Part shown: positions 50,104 to 61,233 of the stretch, piece after piece
Position numbering within the stretch: position 1 is the first letter of the stretch
Layout of the letters: every line of letters begins with the position of its first letter
NCBI GenBank assembly: GCA_964291285.2
Contig: OZ219789.1
Span: 256,001-320,000 of the forward strand
Source of the DNA: Alphaproteobacteria bacterium
Lineage (GTDB): Bacteria > Pseudomonadota > Alphaproteobacteria > Bin95
Direction of reading: 5' to 3'
DNA: 64,000 nt
Made by a program: the position numbers and the translations under genes
Notes under the pieces: model-generated
Databases searched by the model: none
Seen by the model: only the letters and a program-made list of their open reading frames with translations
Told to the model about the DNA's origin: nothing

Positions 50104-51363
50104 TCAGAACTGTCGCACGAAGGAGAGTTCGGCGCGGTTTCGTTTGTAGTCGAGGGTCTGGGCGTTGGTATCGCGCTCCTCGCGGATGAGCGAGAGGCGG
50201 GGGCTGAAGCCGAGCACGGTGACGGCGCGGTTGTGCACGGAGAGCGAGAGGCTGCGCGTCTCGTCCCGGCGCGGCCTGCGGTCGATGGTGTTGTGGGCGA
50301 AGCCCTGTCCCTGGTATGCGGCGCGCTGCAGGGAGGCGCGCAGGCCGAGGGTGAAGCCGGCCGGCAGCGCGAGCGTCGCGCCGAGGCCGGCCCGGGGTCC
50401 GCGGTTGCGCCAGTGTCCGGCATTGGCGCGGGTCCAGTTGTATCCGGCATGGCCGCCGAGGCGCAGGACGGGCAGGGCGGCCCAGCTTGCGCCGAGCATC
50501 GCATCGCCCGCCGGGCCGTCGAGATGGTTGCAGCCGCGGCAGTTGCGCCGGGTGGCGCTGGCGTGGGCGAACATGAAGAGGCGCGGCGTCAGGCGGTGCG
50601 CGCCTTCCAGCCGGACGCCGAAGCGGTCGGTCTCGGGCCGCCCGGCGGTCCATTGCCGGTCCACCACCGCCAGCAGGCTCGCCTCCGTGCTCCCGTCGAT
50701 CAGCCGGCGCGGGCCGATATGGGCCGAGAGCGAATGGCGGTCGAACGCCCCGCCCTTGTATTCCCGCGCGCTGGCGTCCGCCCCGGCGCGCAGCCGCAGG
50801 GCCGACGACAACGGAACCTGGTATTCGCCGCCGCCCCACAGCGAGACGCCGATGCCCGACTTGCGCGACACGTCGCCGTCGAGGGTGAAGGGCAGGCGCC
50901 CGAACGGCGTGTCGAGAAAGACCGTGCGCTCCCCCGACGCGGCGTTGAGGTTGCTGTCGGGCGCCACCGCCAGGCCGAAATGCGCCTCCCAGCGCCGCCG
51001 CGCGCGCATGATGTCGAGGAAGCGCCAGATGTTGGCGGCCACCGCCGGCGGCGGCGTCCCCGCCAGCACCTGTTCGAAATGCCGCCGCGCCAGGCTGTCC
51101 TCCTCCTTCAGGAAGAAGGCGTGCGCGAGTTCGAGGCGCACCCGCACCAGGTCCGGGCGGTCCACCAGGATGGCCCGGAACGCCGCAATCGCCTCGTCGA
51201 GCTTCCCGTCGCGGGCGTCCCGGTCCGGAGCGGCCTGCGCGGCGGCAAGCGCCTCCATGCCCGCCCGGAACCGCTCGCCGGTCGCGTCCTGGCCGTGGGC
51301 GGCGGCGGCGAACAGGCACAGCCCGGCGGCAATGACGAGAGCGGGTATGCGCATGAAAACCAT
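50104..51363 (-). CDS. Slam / DUF560 outer-membrane surface-lipoprotein exporter (type XI secretion)
   Basis: Signal peptide, TPR (AIAAFRAILVDRPDLVRVRLELA), APDSNLN motif, beta-barrel ending LSFVRQF. Confidence 0.85.
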   Translation of the reverse strand: MVFMRIPALVIAAGLCLFAAAAHGQDATGERFRAGMEALAAAQAAPDRDARDGKLDEAIAAFRAILVDRPDLVRVRLELAHAFFLKEEDSLARRHFEQVLAGTPPPAVAANIWRFLDIMRARRRWEAHFGLAVAPDSNLNAASGERTVFLDTPFGRLPFTLDGDVSRKSGIGVSLWGGGEYQVPLSSALRLRAGADASAREYKGGAFDRHSLSAHIGPRRLIDGSTEASLLAVVDRQWTAGRPETDRFGVRLEGAHRLTPRLFMFAHASATRRNCRGCNHLDGPAGDAMLGASWAALPVLRLGGHAGYNWTRANAGHWRNRGPRAGLGATLALPAGFTLGLRASLQRAAYQGQGFAHNTIDRRPRRDETRSLSLSVHNRAVTVLGFSPRLSLIREERDTNAQTLDYKRNRAELSFVRQF

Positions 51364-51415
51364 TGTCCGTGCAAGGGGAACCTCCGGCAACCCGGAGGGC
51401 GCCGGAGGAAAGAAG

Positions 51416-51445
51416 GCCCCGGCCGCCTGAAGCAGCCGGGGCCCG
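51416..51445 (-). terminator. Intercistronic hairpin between the lipoprotein and slam genes
   Basis: GGCCCCGGC...GCCGGGGCC stem followed by TTCTTT on the minus strand. Confidence 0.55.
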
Positions 51446-51469
51446 AAAAGGTGATGCTCCGGGAGCCGG

Positions 51470-53215
51470 CTACTCTGCCGGCGCTTGTATCCTCGTCGAG
51501 AATCCGCCGGTGGCGCTCCCGTCCACGAAGTGGGTGATGAAGGTGCCTATCATGCCGGCCGGGCGCCCCGGGCCGCCCTGGTGGAAGGCTCCAGCCTGCC
51601 AACTGCCGGGCTTGTCGAAGGCGGTGCCGCCGCTGGAACCCGTGGCCAGACCTTCGACATCGAAGTTGTTGTTCGCGCCCTCCGCGAGCTTGACGCTCCA
51701 GTTCTCGTTGACGGCATTCCCCTTGAAGTTGTCGATCTTGCCTCCCATTTTACGGGCGCCTTCCTTCCCGAACTTGGCGTTGAGCGTCACATCCGCCGTG
51801 AACCGTGCGGACTTCTGCCCCGTGTGCTCGCCGGCGGTGTAGAGCTTCAGCGCCGACAGGCCAAAGGCTTCGCCCTTGTAGGTGGCGGTGGCGGGCAGAT
51901 CGGAGTTCACGCCTAACTCCCCGCGCTCGGGGGCAGGGCTGTCTGCGATGGCATGGACCTTGCTCCTTTCATCGCCATCTCCAGACAGCCAGTACCCGTA
52001 GCGGGCATATTCATTCCACTGCGTGTAGTGGGAGTTCCTCGGCGTTATCCAGTAGTAGCGATAGTGGCCCGCGTAGTTATCGTCGAATTCGTCGGCCGCC
52101 TTGAAGAACAGGTTGCCGGTCAGCTTGCCGCCAGGGGCAGAGCAGGTGCCCTGGCAATACAGCGTCCCCTTGACCCCCTTGTAATACTGGTCCCCGGAGA
52201 TGTCGGAGGGATACGCCGTCAGGACCGTTCCATCCGAGCCGGTGAGTGAGGACAGGGGCATCCCGGCAAGGGGCAGGACATCGACATCCATGTTGTCGGT
52301 GCCGAAAGCCTTCTTCACGAGCATCCCATCCTTGGCGGCAATCTGCTCCCAGGTCATGACGCCGGCCGGAAGTTCGCCGTCGTCATACTTGTGATAGAAC
52401 AGGGATCTCCGATCGGCGTTAGTCCCGGTGGCGATGACCTTCGTCGGCGGAGTACTGTTCCCACCGTCTTTGTAGAGATTTGACGGCCTGTGAAGCCACA
52501 TACTCGTGGATACGCCATCGTAACCGCCGGCGCGGGTGCCGGTACGAGCTGTTTCCGCAGGCGACAAGACAGCAAGCATCCGCCTCGCGGGCCTTGACGA
52601 ATTAAGGTTGTCGAAGCCAGCTGTAGCGAGGGTTTCGCCGGCGCGGTCCTTGATTTCCGCCTCGGTATCGACCCTCGAGAAATAGTCTCCGATCGTGCCG
52701 GCCCCGGTCAGGGTCTTCTCGATGGCCTTGATCTCCGCTTTCACTGTTTCGATCTGACCCGTGACCACCTTCTTCTGCGCCGCAAGGCCGGTCGTGCCGG
52801 CCGACAGGGCGTTCAGGTCCGTCTGCGCCTTCTCGGCCGCCTTCAGCGCCGCCTTGGCGTCCGCCAGCGCCTTGTCGGCCGCCGCCTTCGCGTCTTTCAC
52901 GAGCGCGGCGTTGGTCCGGACCACCGAACTGTCGCCTCCGGTGATGTACATTTGCCGAGAGAATTGGGGCGGCTCGACCGCCTTCTTGACCGCGGCCAGC
53001 TGAGCTTCCGCTTCCTTCCTGGCCGCCATCGCCGCCGTCTCGGCTGCCGCGGCGGCGTCGTAGGCCGCCTGCGCCTTCTGGACGTCCGTCATCTCCATCT
53101 GCTGGTCGCCGTCCATCGGCGCGGCCGCCTTCTTCCCGCCACCGCCTCCGCAGCCCGCGAGCGCCAGGCCCGCAGCGGCCATCGCCGCCAGAGCCACATG
53201 TCTCATGGTTCCCAT
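51470..53215 (-). CDS. Surface lipoprotein with Ala/Lys-rich stalk and TbpB-like C-terminal barrel (variant 1)
   Basis: Lipobox LAGC+GGGGG; ATATYKGEAFG, FTADVTLNAKFG, GGKIDNF, GSATGGFST; adjacent to Slam. Confidence 0.8.
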   Translation of the reverse strand: MGTMRHVALAAMAAAGLALAGCGGGGGKKAAAPMDGDQQMEMTDVQKAQAAYDAAAAAETAAMAARKEAEAQLAAVKKAVEPPQFSRQMYITGGDSSVVRTNAALVKDAKAAADKALADAKAALKAAEKAQTDLNALSAGTTGLAAQKKVVTGQIETVKAEIKAIEKTLTGAGTIGDYFSRVDTEAEIKDRAGETLATAGFDNLNSSRPARRMLAVLSPAETARTGTRAGGYDGVSTSMWLHRPSNLYKDGGNSTPPTKVIATGTNADRRSLFYHKYDDGELPAGVMTWEQIAAKDGMLVKKAFGTDNMDVDVLPLAGMPLSSLTGSDGTVLTAYPSDISGDQYYKGVKGTLYCQGTCSAPGGKLTGNLFFKAADEFDDNYAGHYRYYWITPRNSHYTQWNEYARYGYWLSGDGDERSKVHAIADSPAPERGELGVNSDLPATATYKGEAFGLSALKLYTAGEHTGQKSARFTADVTLNAKFGKEGARKMGGKIDNFKGNAVNENWSVKLAEGANNNFDVEGLATGSSGGTAFDKPGSWQAGAFHQGGPGRPAGMIGTFITHFVDGSATGGFSTRIQAPAE

Positions 53216-53297
53216 CGAACCCTTCTCCTTCCTTCTCTCAAGCCCGGACAAACCGGGCAAACCGTTTGAACCGTTCCTTCGCCGCGCGAAACGCAGG

Positions 53298-54482
53298 TCA
53301 GAAGCTCAGCGTGATGCCGGTCACGAACCCGGCGCCCTCGACGTTGCTGCCGGCGGCATTTTTGCCGGTGCTGGGCGCAGGCTTGCCTCTTTCCGCCGCC
53401 GGCACGCCGAAATCGTGCTTGCCGGGCATCGTGCCGCGGTCCCTCTCGGCCATGAACAGCGAGCTTCTCCAGGCAATGCCCGGCGCCAGCATGTAGCTCG
53501 CCGAAAACAGGCCGCCCGACTGCTCCGTGCCGTCGTCGGCCTCGGTCATCGTGCCGCTCAGGCTCACCGCCAGCGCGCCCTCCGAATACATCACCCCGGC
53601 GGCCACGACCTCGACATCATCCGAGGAGTCCGTCTTCATCCCGTCGTCCGCCGTGGCATAGGCGACATCGAAGCTGAACGCCCCCATGCCCACCCGCAGG
53701 CCGGCATTCGAGAAGGTGTAGTCGTCGTCGTCCATCTGGCTCTTCTGGTAGTGGCCCGCAGAGAACGCCAGGTTCATGTTGCCGAAATCGCCCTTGTAGT
53801 TGCCGGCGACCGACCAGGCGTCCATGTCGTTGTTCTTCACATTGCCGCCACGGCCTTCCTGCCCGGTGTTCGGGATGTAGCTCACGGCCATCTGCGCGCC
53901 GTTCACCCGCGGCGTGAAGTAGCTCACCAGGTTCTTGTCGCCGAGGCCGTGGCCCGCGGTCCCCAGGCCGGAGGGCCCGCACTCGTTGATGCCGTTGATC
54001 CATCTGCCCATGTCGCCGCAGAGCATGCCGAAACCGGCATCCCGCACGCCCATGTGGGTGAGAACCACCGCGCTGTCCTCGGCTCCCAGCGTGATCTGAC
54101 CGAACTCGCCGCCAACCGTCACCTGCGACTCGTCGATCATCGAACCCGACTGACTGTTGCCCTCGAGCTCCACCTTCATCGAGAAGGTCATGCCGTTGTC
54201 GGCGTCCAGCTTGCCCTTGAAGAAGATCTCGCTGTCCGACTGCTGGGCAACGCCGCCCTCTTTCATCGCGTCCGCCTCGTCGTCCACATCGACCATCCCG
54301 AACCACTGCTGCATGTAGCCGCCGACGCCCACGCTCAGCATCTCCGCCGCAGACGCAGGACCCGCCGCAAGCGCAAGACCCGAGGCCGCAAGAAGAACCT
54401 TGCCCGTGAAGCTCCGCGCACGGCATCCGCCATGCTGCCTGCCGTCCCCCGGCCATGCCGGGCCATGTCTTGTTGTCGTCAT
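53298..54482 (-). CDS. Alphaproteobacterial-type porin (copy 1)
   Basis: Signal peptide, DSEIFFKG+DNGMTF+VELEG, GEFGQITLG, SYFTPR, terminal F. Confidence 0.87.
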   Translation of the reverse strand: MTTTRHGPAWPGDGRQHGGCRARSFTGKVLLAASGLALAAGPASAAEMLSVGVGGYMQQWFGMVDVDDEADAMKEGGVAQQSDSEIFFKGKLDADNGMTFSMKVELEGNSQSGSMIDESQVTVGGEFGQITLGAEDSAVVLTHMGVRDAGFGMLCGDMGRWINGINECGPSGLGTAGHGLGDKNLVSYFTPRVNGAQMAVSYIPNTGQEGRGGNVKNNDMDAWSVAGNYKGDFGNMNLAFSAGHYQKSQMDDDDYTFSNAGLRVGMGAFSFDVAYATADDGMKTDSSDDVEVVAAGVMYSEGALAVSLSGTMTEADDGTEQSGGLFSASYMLAPGIAWRSSLFMAERDRGTMPGKHDFGVPAAERGKPAPSTGKNAAGSNVEGAGFVTGITLSF

Positions 54483-54848
54483 CGTCTCGTCTCCTTCAGG
54501 TGAAAGCCCGTCCGCAGCGCCCGTCGACCGCCGCACGCCGGAGAAGGCGCACGACGGGGCGGCAGGTCACCGGGGACGGGAGGTGAAGCCGCGGCCCCGG
54601 AAAGGCCGCGGCAGAAAGCGTGACGGGGAAAGCCGGGCCGCCCGCAAGGCGGTCATGCCGCAAGCGCGGCGGGCGCGCTCCCGCGCGCTGCCCGGCAACC
54701 TGTCCATCTGCACGCGCCCGGCGCTCCTCCGCAGAGGACGCACAGGCGGGAAAGACAACAATCAGGCGGGAGAAGCTCTCCCGATGGCGAACCGGCTGAC
54801 CGGCGCCAAAAGCCCGCATGTGAAAGACATGAAGAGGCGCGAGGCGTA

Positions 54849-54872
54849 TTCTACACCGTGTTCTACACCGTG
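54849..54872. repeat. 12-bp tandem duplication in the porin upstream region
   Basis: TTCTACACCGTG occurs twice; the homologous region near 60855-60867 has one unit. Confidence 0.8.
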
Positions 54873-54946
54873 TTCGAGCCGCTGAAGTCACGTCCGGGTA
54901 TACTCGCCGCTGAGATTGCCCAAAACCTCAGACTTCCTGACCTCTG

Positions 54947-57415
54947 CTAATTTTGTTTGGCACCGGTGCGCGCGGATTTTGGGGTTATGCCGACCTCGTA
55001 GACCATGCGCATACGGTTGCCGGGGAAGTGCGTTTCGGTGGCGTTGAGTTCGGCCAGAAGAGGCTTGATCTGGCGGTCGCAGGCGTCATTTGCGAGGCCG
55101 AGAATGCGGACCCGCAGGACGCCGTTGGCAGGGTCCGGCAGGATGTCGGCATCGGCGGTGAAGAGTGCCTGAAGCAGTTTCCGTGGGTGGGGCTTGTGGC
55201 CCTGCGCCTGCATGACGGGAAGCATCAAGCGGGTTTCAGCGCGGTAGGCGATCATGCGGATGATGTCGAGTAGGAGGCGCTCGCGTGAGGGCAAGGCATT
55301 GAGCTGTCCGGCTTCGTCGAGGTCGCCGGCCCGGCAGTGCGTGGGCACCTCCCTGCGGCTGGATCTGATACCAACGGTCGTTGATTGGAACCGATAGCAG
55401 ATCCTCCCTCCGCAGCTCGCCCCCTGAGCCGAGGCCTCCTACTGCAAGAGGTAATCTCCGCCGAGAGAGGCTAATCGGTTCTTATCTGTGGCCGGTGGTA
55501 TGACAATCTCACGGCCGCCCTCGAGGTCCCTGAGTTCCCTCTTGAGTTCGCCCGTCGGCTGCTTCCTGTGGGCGGCGTCGGCGATGCGGTTGCGCAGGCG
55601 GCCAAGCTGGTGGTCGAGGCGGCGGATTGCCTTGTCGTAGGCCCGCCGCAGCGGGCTGACGACCATGGTATCGGCAGCGAGAGGCTCGATCTCGTGGGTC
55701 GGCAGGGCGTCGAGATTGAACTCGTCGCGCATGTATTTGAAGAAGTTTTCCTGCGACCAGCGCGAGAACAAGGCGCCTGCGGCCTCCGCCACCGGCTTGT
55801 GCGGATCGGTGGTGACCAGCGGAACCTGACGGCCGTTGTCGAGCAGGCGGCGGATCTGGCGCACCCTGAAGCCGTTCTTCAACGTCACCGGCTTCTCGGC
55901 CAGCAGCATGGTGGCGCTGGCGTTCGCCGCGGGTCCGTGAATGGGAACGATCATCGCACTGAAGTCCTCGGCCGGCCAGTCCCCGCCCCTGAAGTTCTTG
56001 TGCCAGGTCAGGCAGGCAATGCCGCGCCTGGCCAGCCGGCGAAACAGCTCCGGGCTCCAGCCCTCGCGGTCGAAGACCAGTGTGAGCACGGGCTGGCCGG
56101 GCTGCCCGGCGGTCAGGTCCGCTGCCCCGGCGTCGACGATCCCGAGCGCCTGCAACGCCGGCACCACGTCGGATTCGATCGCGGCGACCATCTTCGGGTC
56201 CAGCGGCTTGTGCAGGCACAGCAGGGGCTTGCCGCCCAAGGCGTTGATCCAGTAGCTGGTGCTCGCCGGCAGGCACAGCTTCTCGCGCGAGACGAAGTGT
56301 TTGGGCAGGCGCCCCTTGCGGCCGGCGTAGACCTTGACGTGCCCGTCAACGGCCAGCGTCGCCCAGAGCTCGGGCTCCTCCTCCTGCCAGCGTCTCGCAA
56401 GAGCGAGCTGCCACGCCTGCACGCTGGCTTCGTCGTTGGCCATGAGCCCGATCTTGCGCCGTAGCGTCTTGACCTCGGGGCAGCGGTCGAGACCGAGAAC
56501 CGCACCCCATTCGCCCGGTGCCTGGTAGCGCAGGCTCTCGGGGTTGCGCACCCGCGCCAGGGTCATGAAGGCCAGGAAGAGCAGGATCGTGGGCAGGCCG
56601 TAGTAGCCCTTCGACAGCAACGGCAGGAGGCCGGTCTCGCAGAGCAGGCCTTCCTTCAGCAGGGCCGGCAGGGCGGCGAGAACGCCGCCAAAGCGCACGC
56701 CGCGGGCGGCGGCGGTGAACTGCGGTTCGACCGGTCCCGCCTGCCCGCAGCTGGCCAACACCCGAGCCCGGACATCGCAAGTCGCGCGCCCCATCGGCGC
56801 CTGCCGGTCCCGCCGGTCGCGCGCGCTGCGATCCGTCTGCGCCTCCAGCCCCGCTGCCGTCGCCGGCCCGGCGGCACCGGCACTCTCGTCATCGACACTG
56901 CCCTCGGGCGCCCCACCCGCGTCAGGCGGCACCGCCACTGCCGCGCTGCCGCGCTCCCGACACGCCTCCGCGTTGCCGATCACCCCCTGCCGCCGCCACT
57001 TGTTGACCGACGGCGCTGACACGCCGAGAACTCGGGCCACCGCAGAGCCGCTCAGGCCCCCTTCCAGCAACGCCGTCGCTTTCTCCGCCAGCTCCGGCGT
57101 GAACACCGAAGGTCCCCGACCGCGCCGGGGCTTCAGAAACTCCGCTTCGCCCTCGGCCAGGTAGCGCCGTCGTGCGCGCTGGACCGTTGCACGCGAGACA
57201 CCGAAAGCGTCGGCCAGATCCTGCCGCGAGACCGCGCTGATCGCAGCCAGGCGGCCGATCCGCAACAGCATGGCCGCGCGGTCATCGGCGGCGTGGCTGT
57301 CAAAGGGAACGAGGTTGGAGAAGTAGGTGAAGCTGTCGTCCGAAATCAGAATGGCGAAACAACTGCTGCCGATCGGAACCGCCTCCGGAGGGCTCAGGGG
57401 AAGGGTAATCGACAT
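54947..57415 (-). pseudogene. Large HTH-DDE transposase interrupted by the 132-bp MITE
   Basis: VDGHVKVY, VFDREG, RWSQENFFKY; removing MITE plus one TSD gives a continuous 777-aa frame (...EIVRSSRREVPTHC...). Confidence 0.85.
55369..55500. mobile_element. 132-bp MITE-like element, copy 2 (TSD TGA)
   Basis: Near-identical to 9161-9292; flanked by TGA/TGA. Confidence 0.87.
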
Positions 57416-57951
57416 GGTTGAAATCTCGTATCCAGTGTCAAATTAAAATACCCGAACCTGGACACGGCAGCCAGCGAAAATCAGCCGAAACAGACGAAAA
57501 ATGAACCGAACTCAAAAAGTTCCCAGAACGCCGCCCGCAACAAACATCGTCACGAGGTCAGGAAGTCTGAACCTAACCCGGCGCACGACACCGCACAAGC
57601 TCCCGGACCAACCCCCACGCCGATTTCACCGACATGTTGCATCCATGCCACAGTCAGCCGCCGACGGGCCCCCGCAAACCGGGCCCGCGGCGCCCATCGA
57701 CGACCGGCAGGCGCGGCTTTCTCCACCGGCGTGCAATGGAACGCAATGGAGCGTCCGCTGCCGCGTCTTCCCCACTCCAGGCCCGCCGCCGCCGCCAGCG
57801 GCGCATCGACAAATGCGCGCCCATTTCCCGCCGGCGGCGCCATCACCGCGCGCTGGCACCGCCCTTCTTCTCCGCCGCTCATGGACGCCGGACGCCCCCA
57901 AACGTCCATTGCCGGGCGGGTCGGCCACTCCGTATCATGAAAACAGGTGAA

Positions 57952-59647
57952 CCTAAATCCGGCATTTGAGGATGGCGTGGCCTTGCCGAATCCCTTGTAG
58001 TCTGCGGATATGAGCGGCTTTTCAGGGGCCGAAGAGGCTCACCCTGTGGGTGATTATCCTGGCGCTGTGCGGGATGTCGCCCGAGCGTTCGTGAAGGTGG
58101 ACACCTTCGGCGGCGCGGTTCATGTGGAATGGGACCCTGATGCGGCGGTGACGCCGCTGGGCCATCTGGCGTTTTTCGCGGAATAGCTGAAGGTGAGCGG
58201 TCGCTTTGACGCTTTGGTTGCGGACTGCCCGCTGCGGTACACGAGCCCGAACGCGCCGTCGAAGCGGGATGTCCTGGGGACGGTTCTTCTGTCGGTTCTG
58301 GCGGGGCAGTCCCGCTATGCGCACATCACGTCGCTGCGCGGCGACGGGGTGAACCCTGCGCTGCTGGGTATGGACAAGGTTGCGAGCGAGGATTCGGTGC
58401 GGCGCGGTCTGGAGCGGCTCGGTGCGGATGAAGGCACATCGTGGCTTCAGGGCCATCTGGACGAGGTGGTCCGTCCGCTGCTGAGGGAGCCGTGGGTTCT
58501 GGACTGCGACACGACGATCAAGGCGCTTTACGGTCGTCAGGAGGGAGCGGTTGTGAGCTACAACCCGAAGAAGCCGGGCCGCCCCTCGCATGCCTGCCAT
58601 GCGTTCCTGATGGCGGGCACGCGGCTTGTTCTTGATGTCGAGGTGGCGCCGGGCAACCATCACCATTCGAGGCGCGCGGCGCCGTCCTTGTGGGCGTTGC
58701 TCGACCGTCTTGGGCGGGATCGCTGGCCGCGTCTGGTGCGGGGCGACAAGGACTGGGGCAGCGAGGCCAACATGGCGTCGTGCGAGGCTGCGGGTCCGGA
58801 CTATCTGTTCAAGCTGCGCCTGACGAAGGGGGCGCGCCGGCTTGCCGAGCGGCTGATGGCGCGGGACGGCTGGGAGGATGCGGGCCAGGGCTGGTCGGGG
58901 ATCGGGGCCGATCTGCGTCTGCAGGGCTGGAGCCGGACGCGCCGGGTTGTGGTGCTGCGCCGGCGGCTTCCTGCGACGCTGGCGTTGACGCGTGGCGACA
59001 AGGCCCGGGGCGAGCTGTTCCGGACCGGGGCGCAGCCCGGCACCGGGGTATGGGAGTTCGCGGTGCTGGCGACCTCGCTGGACCTGGAGATACGCTCGCT
59101 GGCCCGGCTCTACCGCGACCGGGCGGACGCGGAGAACGGCTTCGACGAGTTGAAGAACCAGTGGGGTTGGGGCGGCTTCACCACGCGCGACCTGACGCGC
59201 TGCCGGCACATGGCCCGGCTGGTCGCGCTCATCTACAACTGGTGGAGCCTGTTCGTGCGCCTCGCCGACCCCGACCATCACCGCGAGGCGATCACCAGCC
59301 GGCCGCTGCTCCTGCACGGCGTCGCCCGCCAGACCCACCACGCCGGCCAGACCCGGCTGACGGTGACCTCCCATCACGGGCGTCGCAAGACGGTGATGGC
59401 GGCGCTGCGCCGGATCGCCGGCTTCTTCCGGTCGCTGACGCAAACTGCGGAGCAGTTGAGCGCCGGGGATCGCTGGCGCCGCATCCTCGCCGAGGCGCTC
59501 AGGAAATACCTCCATGGCCGCGAACCGGGGCGTCAACCCTGGCTGCCGCCACCCAGGGCCGCGACCGCGTGCTGAAATCCACGCCCAAATCCGGCCGTTC
59601 ACACTACCCCGAGACAGCGATCAAGCCCGTCAAATGCCGGATTTAGG
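57952..59647 (+). mobile_element. IS1380-family element, copy 2
   Basis: IR CCTAAATCCGGCATTTGA; TSD GTGAA; 1696 bp. Confidence 0.92.
58010..59575 (+). pseudogene. IS1380 transposase with a premature stop
   Basis: In-frame TAG at 58184-58186 where copy 1 encodes Tyr. Confidence 0.87.
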
Positions 59648-59655
59648 GTGAAGGA

Positions 59656-60090
59656 TCATCCTGCAATGAGTAGTTGATATGGGATGGGTTGTGTTCTGAC
59701 GGCGCTGTGAATGAAGCGTGGGATCATGGAGTTGAGTTGGTATCGTCGGTTGTATCGCCAGGCAAAGCTGGCGAGGTAGCGTTCGGCATGGTCGGGACCG
59801 AGCTTTCGGTAGGTTCCGGCGATGGCGCTCTTGATGTTGCCGAGGGTCGTGTTGACCCATTTGAAGGGGGCCATGCGGGCGGCCCGGCGGCCTGAGCCGG
59901 TGCGGATGGCGCTGTGGCTTGCGGCGATGCCGTCGAGGGCGTTCCAGCAGTGCAGGGCATCGGTGACGACCTCCGTCCCCGGGGCCAGCCAGCGTTTGGC
60001 GCCGCGCGCGATCTCGCGCTTGCGGAAGCCCTTGACCGGGGCGAGCTTGACCTTGCGCGGAGCCCCTTCGGCGCTGGTCGAGACCGCGCC
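59656..60090 (-). pseudogene. IS1595-family transposase, C-terminal remnant
   Basis: VVTD, WVNTTLGNIKSAIAGTY, RYLASFAWRYNRR. Confidence 0.8.
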
Positions 60091-60104
60091 TCCCTCCCCG
60101 CCGC

Positions 60105-60259
60105 TCGCGCCGCTCACCATGCTTGCGGACGCCAATGCTTCGGGCAAGAACAACCTGGTGAAGGCGCTACGATTGTTGTCGTGGATCGCCCAAGGGCACA
60201 GACTCACCGCGATCCGCCACGCTCTGCAGGATGCCAATTATCCCATTCGCGGAATGTGA
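60105..60259 (+). pseudogene. Degenerate AAA/ABC-type ATPase N-terminal fragment
   Basis: LTMLADANASGKNNLVKALRLLSWIAQG resembles a decayed GxNxSGKS Walker A. Confidence 0.5.
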
Positions 60260-60265
60260 CCGTCG

Positions 60266-60377
60266 TTTGCCGTGAAAATGGTTGGGGATCGGGCGCACAA
60301 AGACCCCTCCCCGCCAAAGCACTGCTCCCGAGGCGTCCGATACTCGCCATCTGCGGCGCCCGTCTTGCGGATCGTGA
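60266..60377 (+). repeat. 112-bp direct repeat (partner 47449-47560)
   Basis: Direct sequence match. Confidence 0.9.
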
Positions 60378-60860
60378 CCGGTAGGCAGCCCCGTACAACC
60401 CCGAAGTCCCGCCCGCGCGGCCGGCACCTGTTTTCATGATACGGAGTGGCCGACCCGCCCGGCAATGGACGTTTGGGGGCGTCCGGCGTCCATGAGCGGC
60501 GGAGAAGAAGGGCGGTGCCAGCGCGCGGTGATGGCGCCGCCGGCGGGAAATGGGCGCGCATTTGTCGATGCGCCGCTGGCGGCGGCGGCGGGCCTGGAGT
60601 GGGGAAGACGCGGCAGCGGACGCTCCATTGCGTTCCATTGCACGCCGGTGGAGAAAGCCGCGCCTGCCGGTCGTCGATGGGCGCCGCGGGCCCGGTTTGC
60701 GGGGGCCCGTCGGCGGCTGACTGTGGCATGGATGCAACATGTCGGTGAAATCGGCGTGGGGGTTGGTCCGGGAGCTTGTGCGGTGTCGTGCGCCGGGTTA
60801 GGTTTTGGGCAATCTCAGCGGCGAGTATACCCGGACGTGACTTCAGCGGCTCGAACACAG

Positions 60861-60868
60861 TGTAGAAT
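60861..60868 (+). promoter_or_regulatory. Candidate -10 box (TAGAAT) for the porin operon
   Basis: Rare AT-rich -10-like hexamer, kept in both copies; no clear -35. Confidence 0.3.
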
Positions 60869-61233
60869 ACGCCTCGCGCCTCTTCATGTCTTTCATATGC
60901 GGGCTTTTGGCGCCGGTCAGCCGGTTCGCCATCGGGAGAGCGGCTCCCGCCTGATTGTTGTCTTTCCCGCCCGTGCGTCCTCTGCGGAGGAGCGCCGGGC
61001 GCGTGCAGATGGACAGGTTGCCGGGCAGCGCGCGGGAGCGCGCCCGCCGCGCTTGCGGCATGACCGCCTTGCGGGCGGCCCGGCTTTCCCCGTCACGCTT
61101 CCTGCCGCGGCCTTTCCGGGGCCGCGGCTTCACCTCCCGTCCCCGGTGACCTGCCGCCCCGTCGTGCGCCTTCTCCGGCGTGCGGCGGTCGACGGGCGCT
61201 GCGGACGGGCTTTCACCTGAAGGAGACGAGACG

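Larger units (their letters stand above)
54929..57569 (-). mobile_element. ISNCY-like insertion sequence
   Basis: IR CAGACTTCCTGACCTC; TSD AACCT; the empty site is visible in the duplicate region near 60795-60810. Confidence 0.88.

Noticed and set aside
59656-60237. 193-aa ORF as an intact transposase
   Set aside because: Chimeric: only the C-terminal part is IS1595-like, and the N-terminus is antisense to an ATPase remnant.
60930-61233. Glycine riboswitch before the porin
   Set aside because: GGAGAG and GAAGG words occur but not in the aptamer arrangement.
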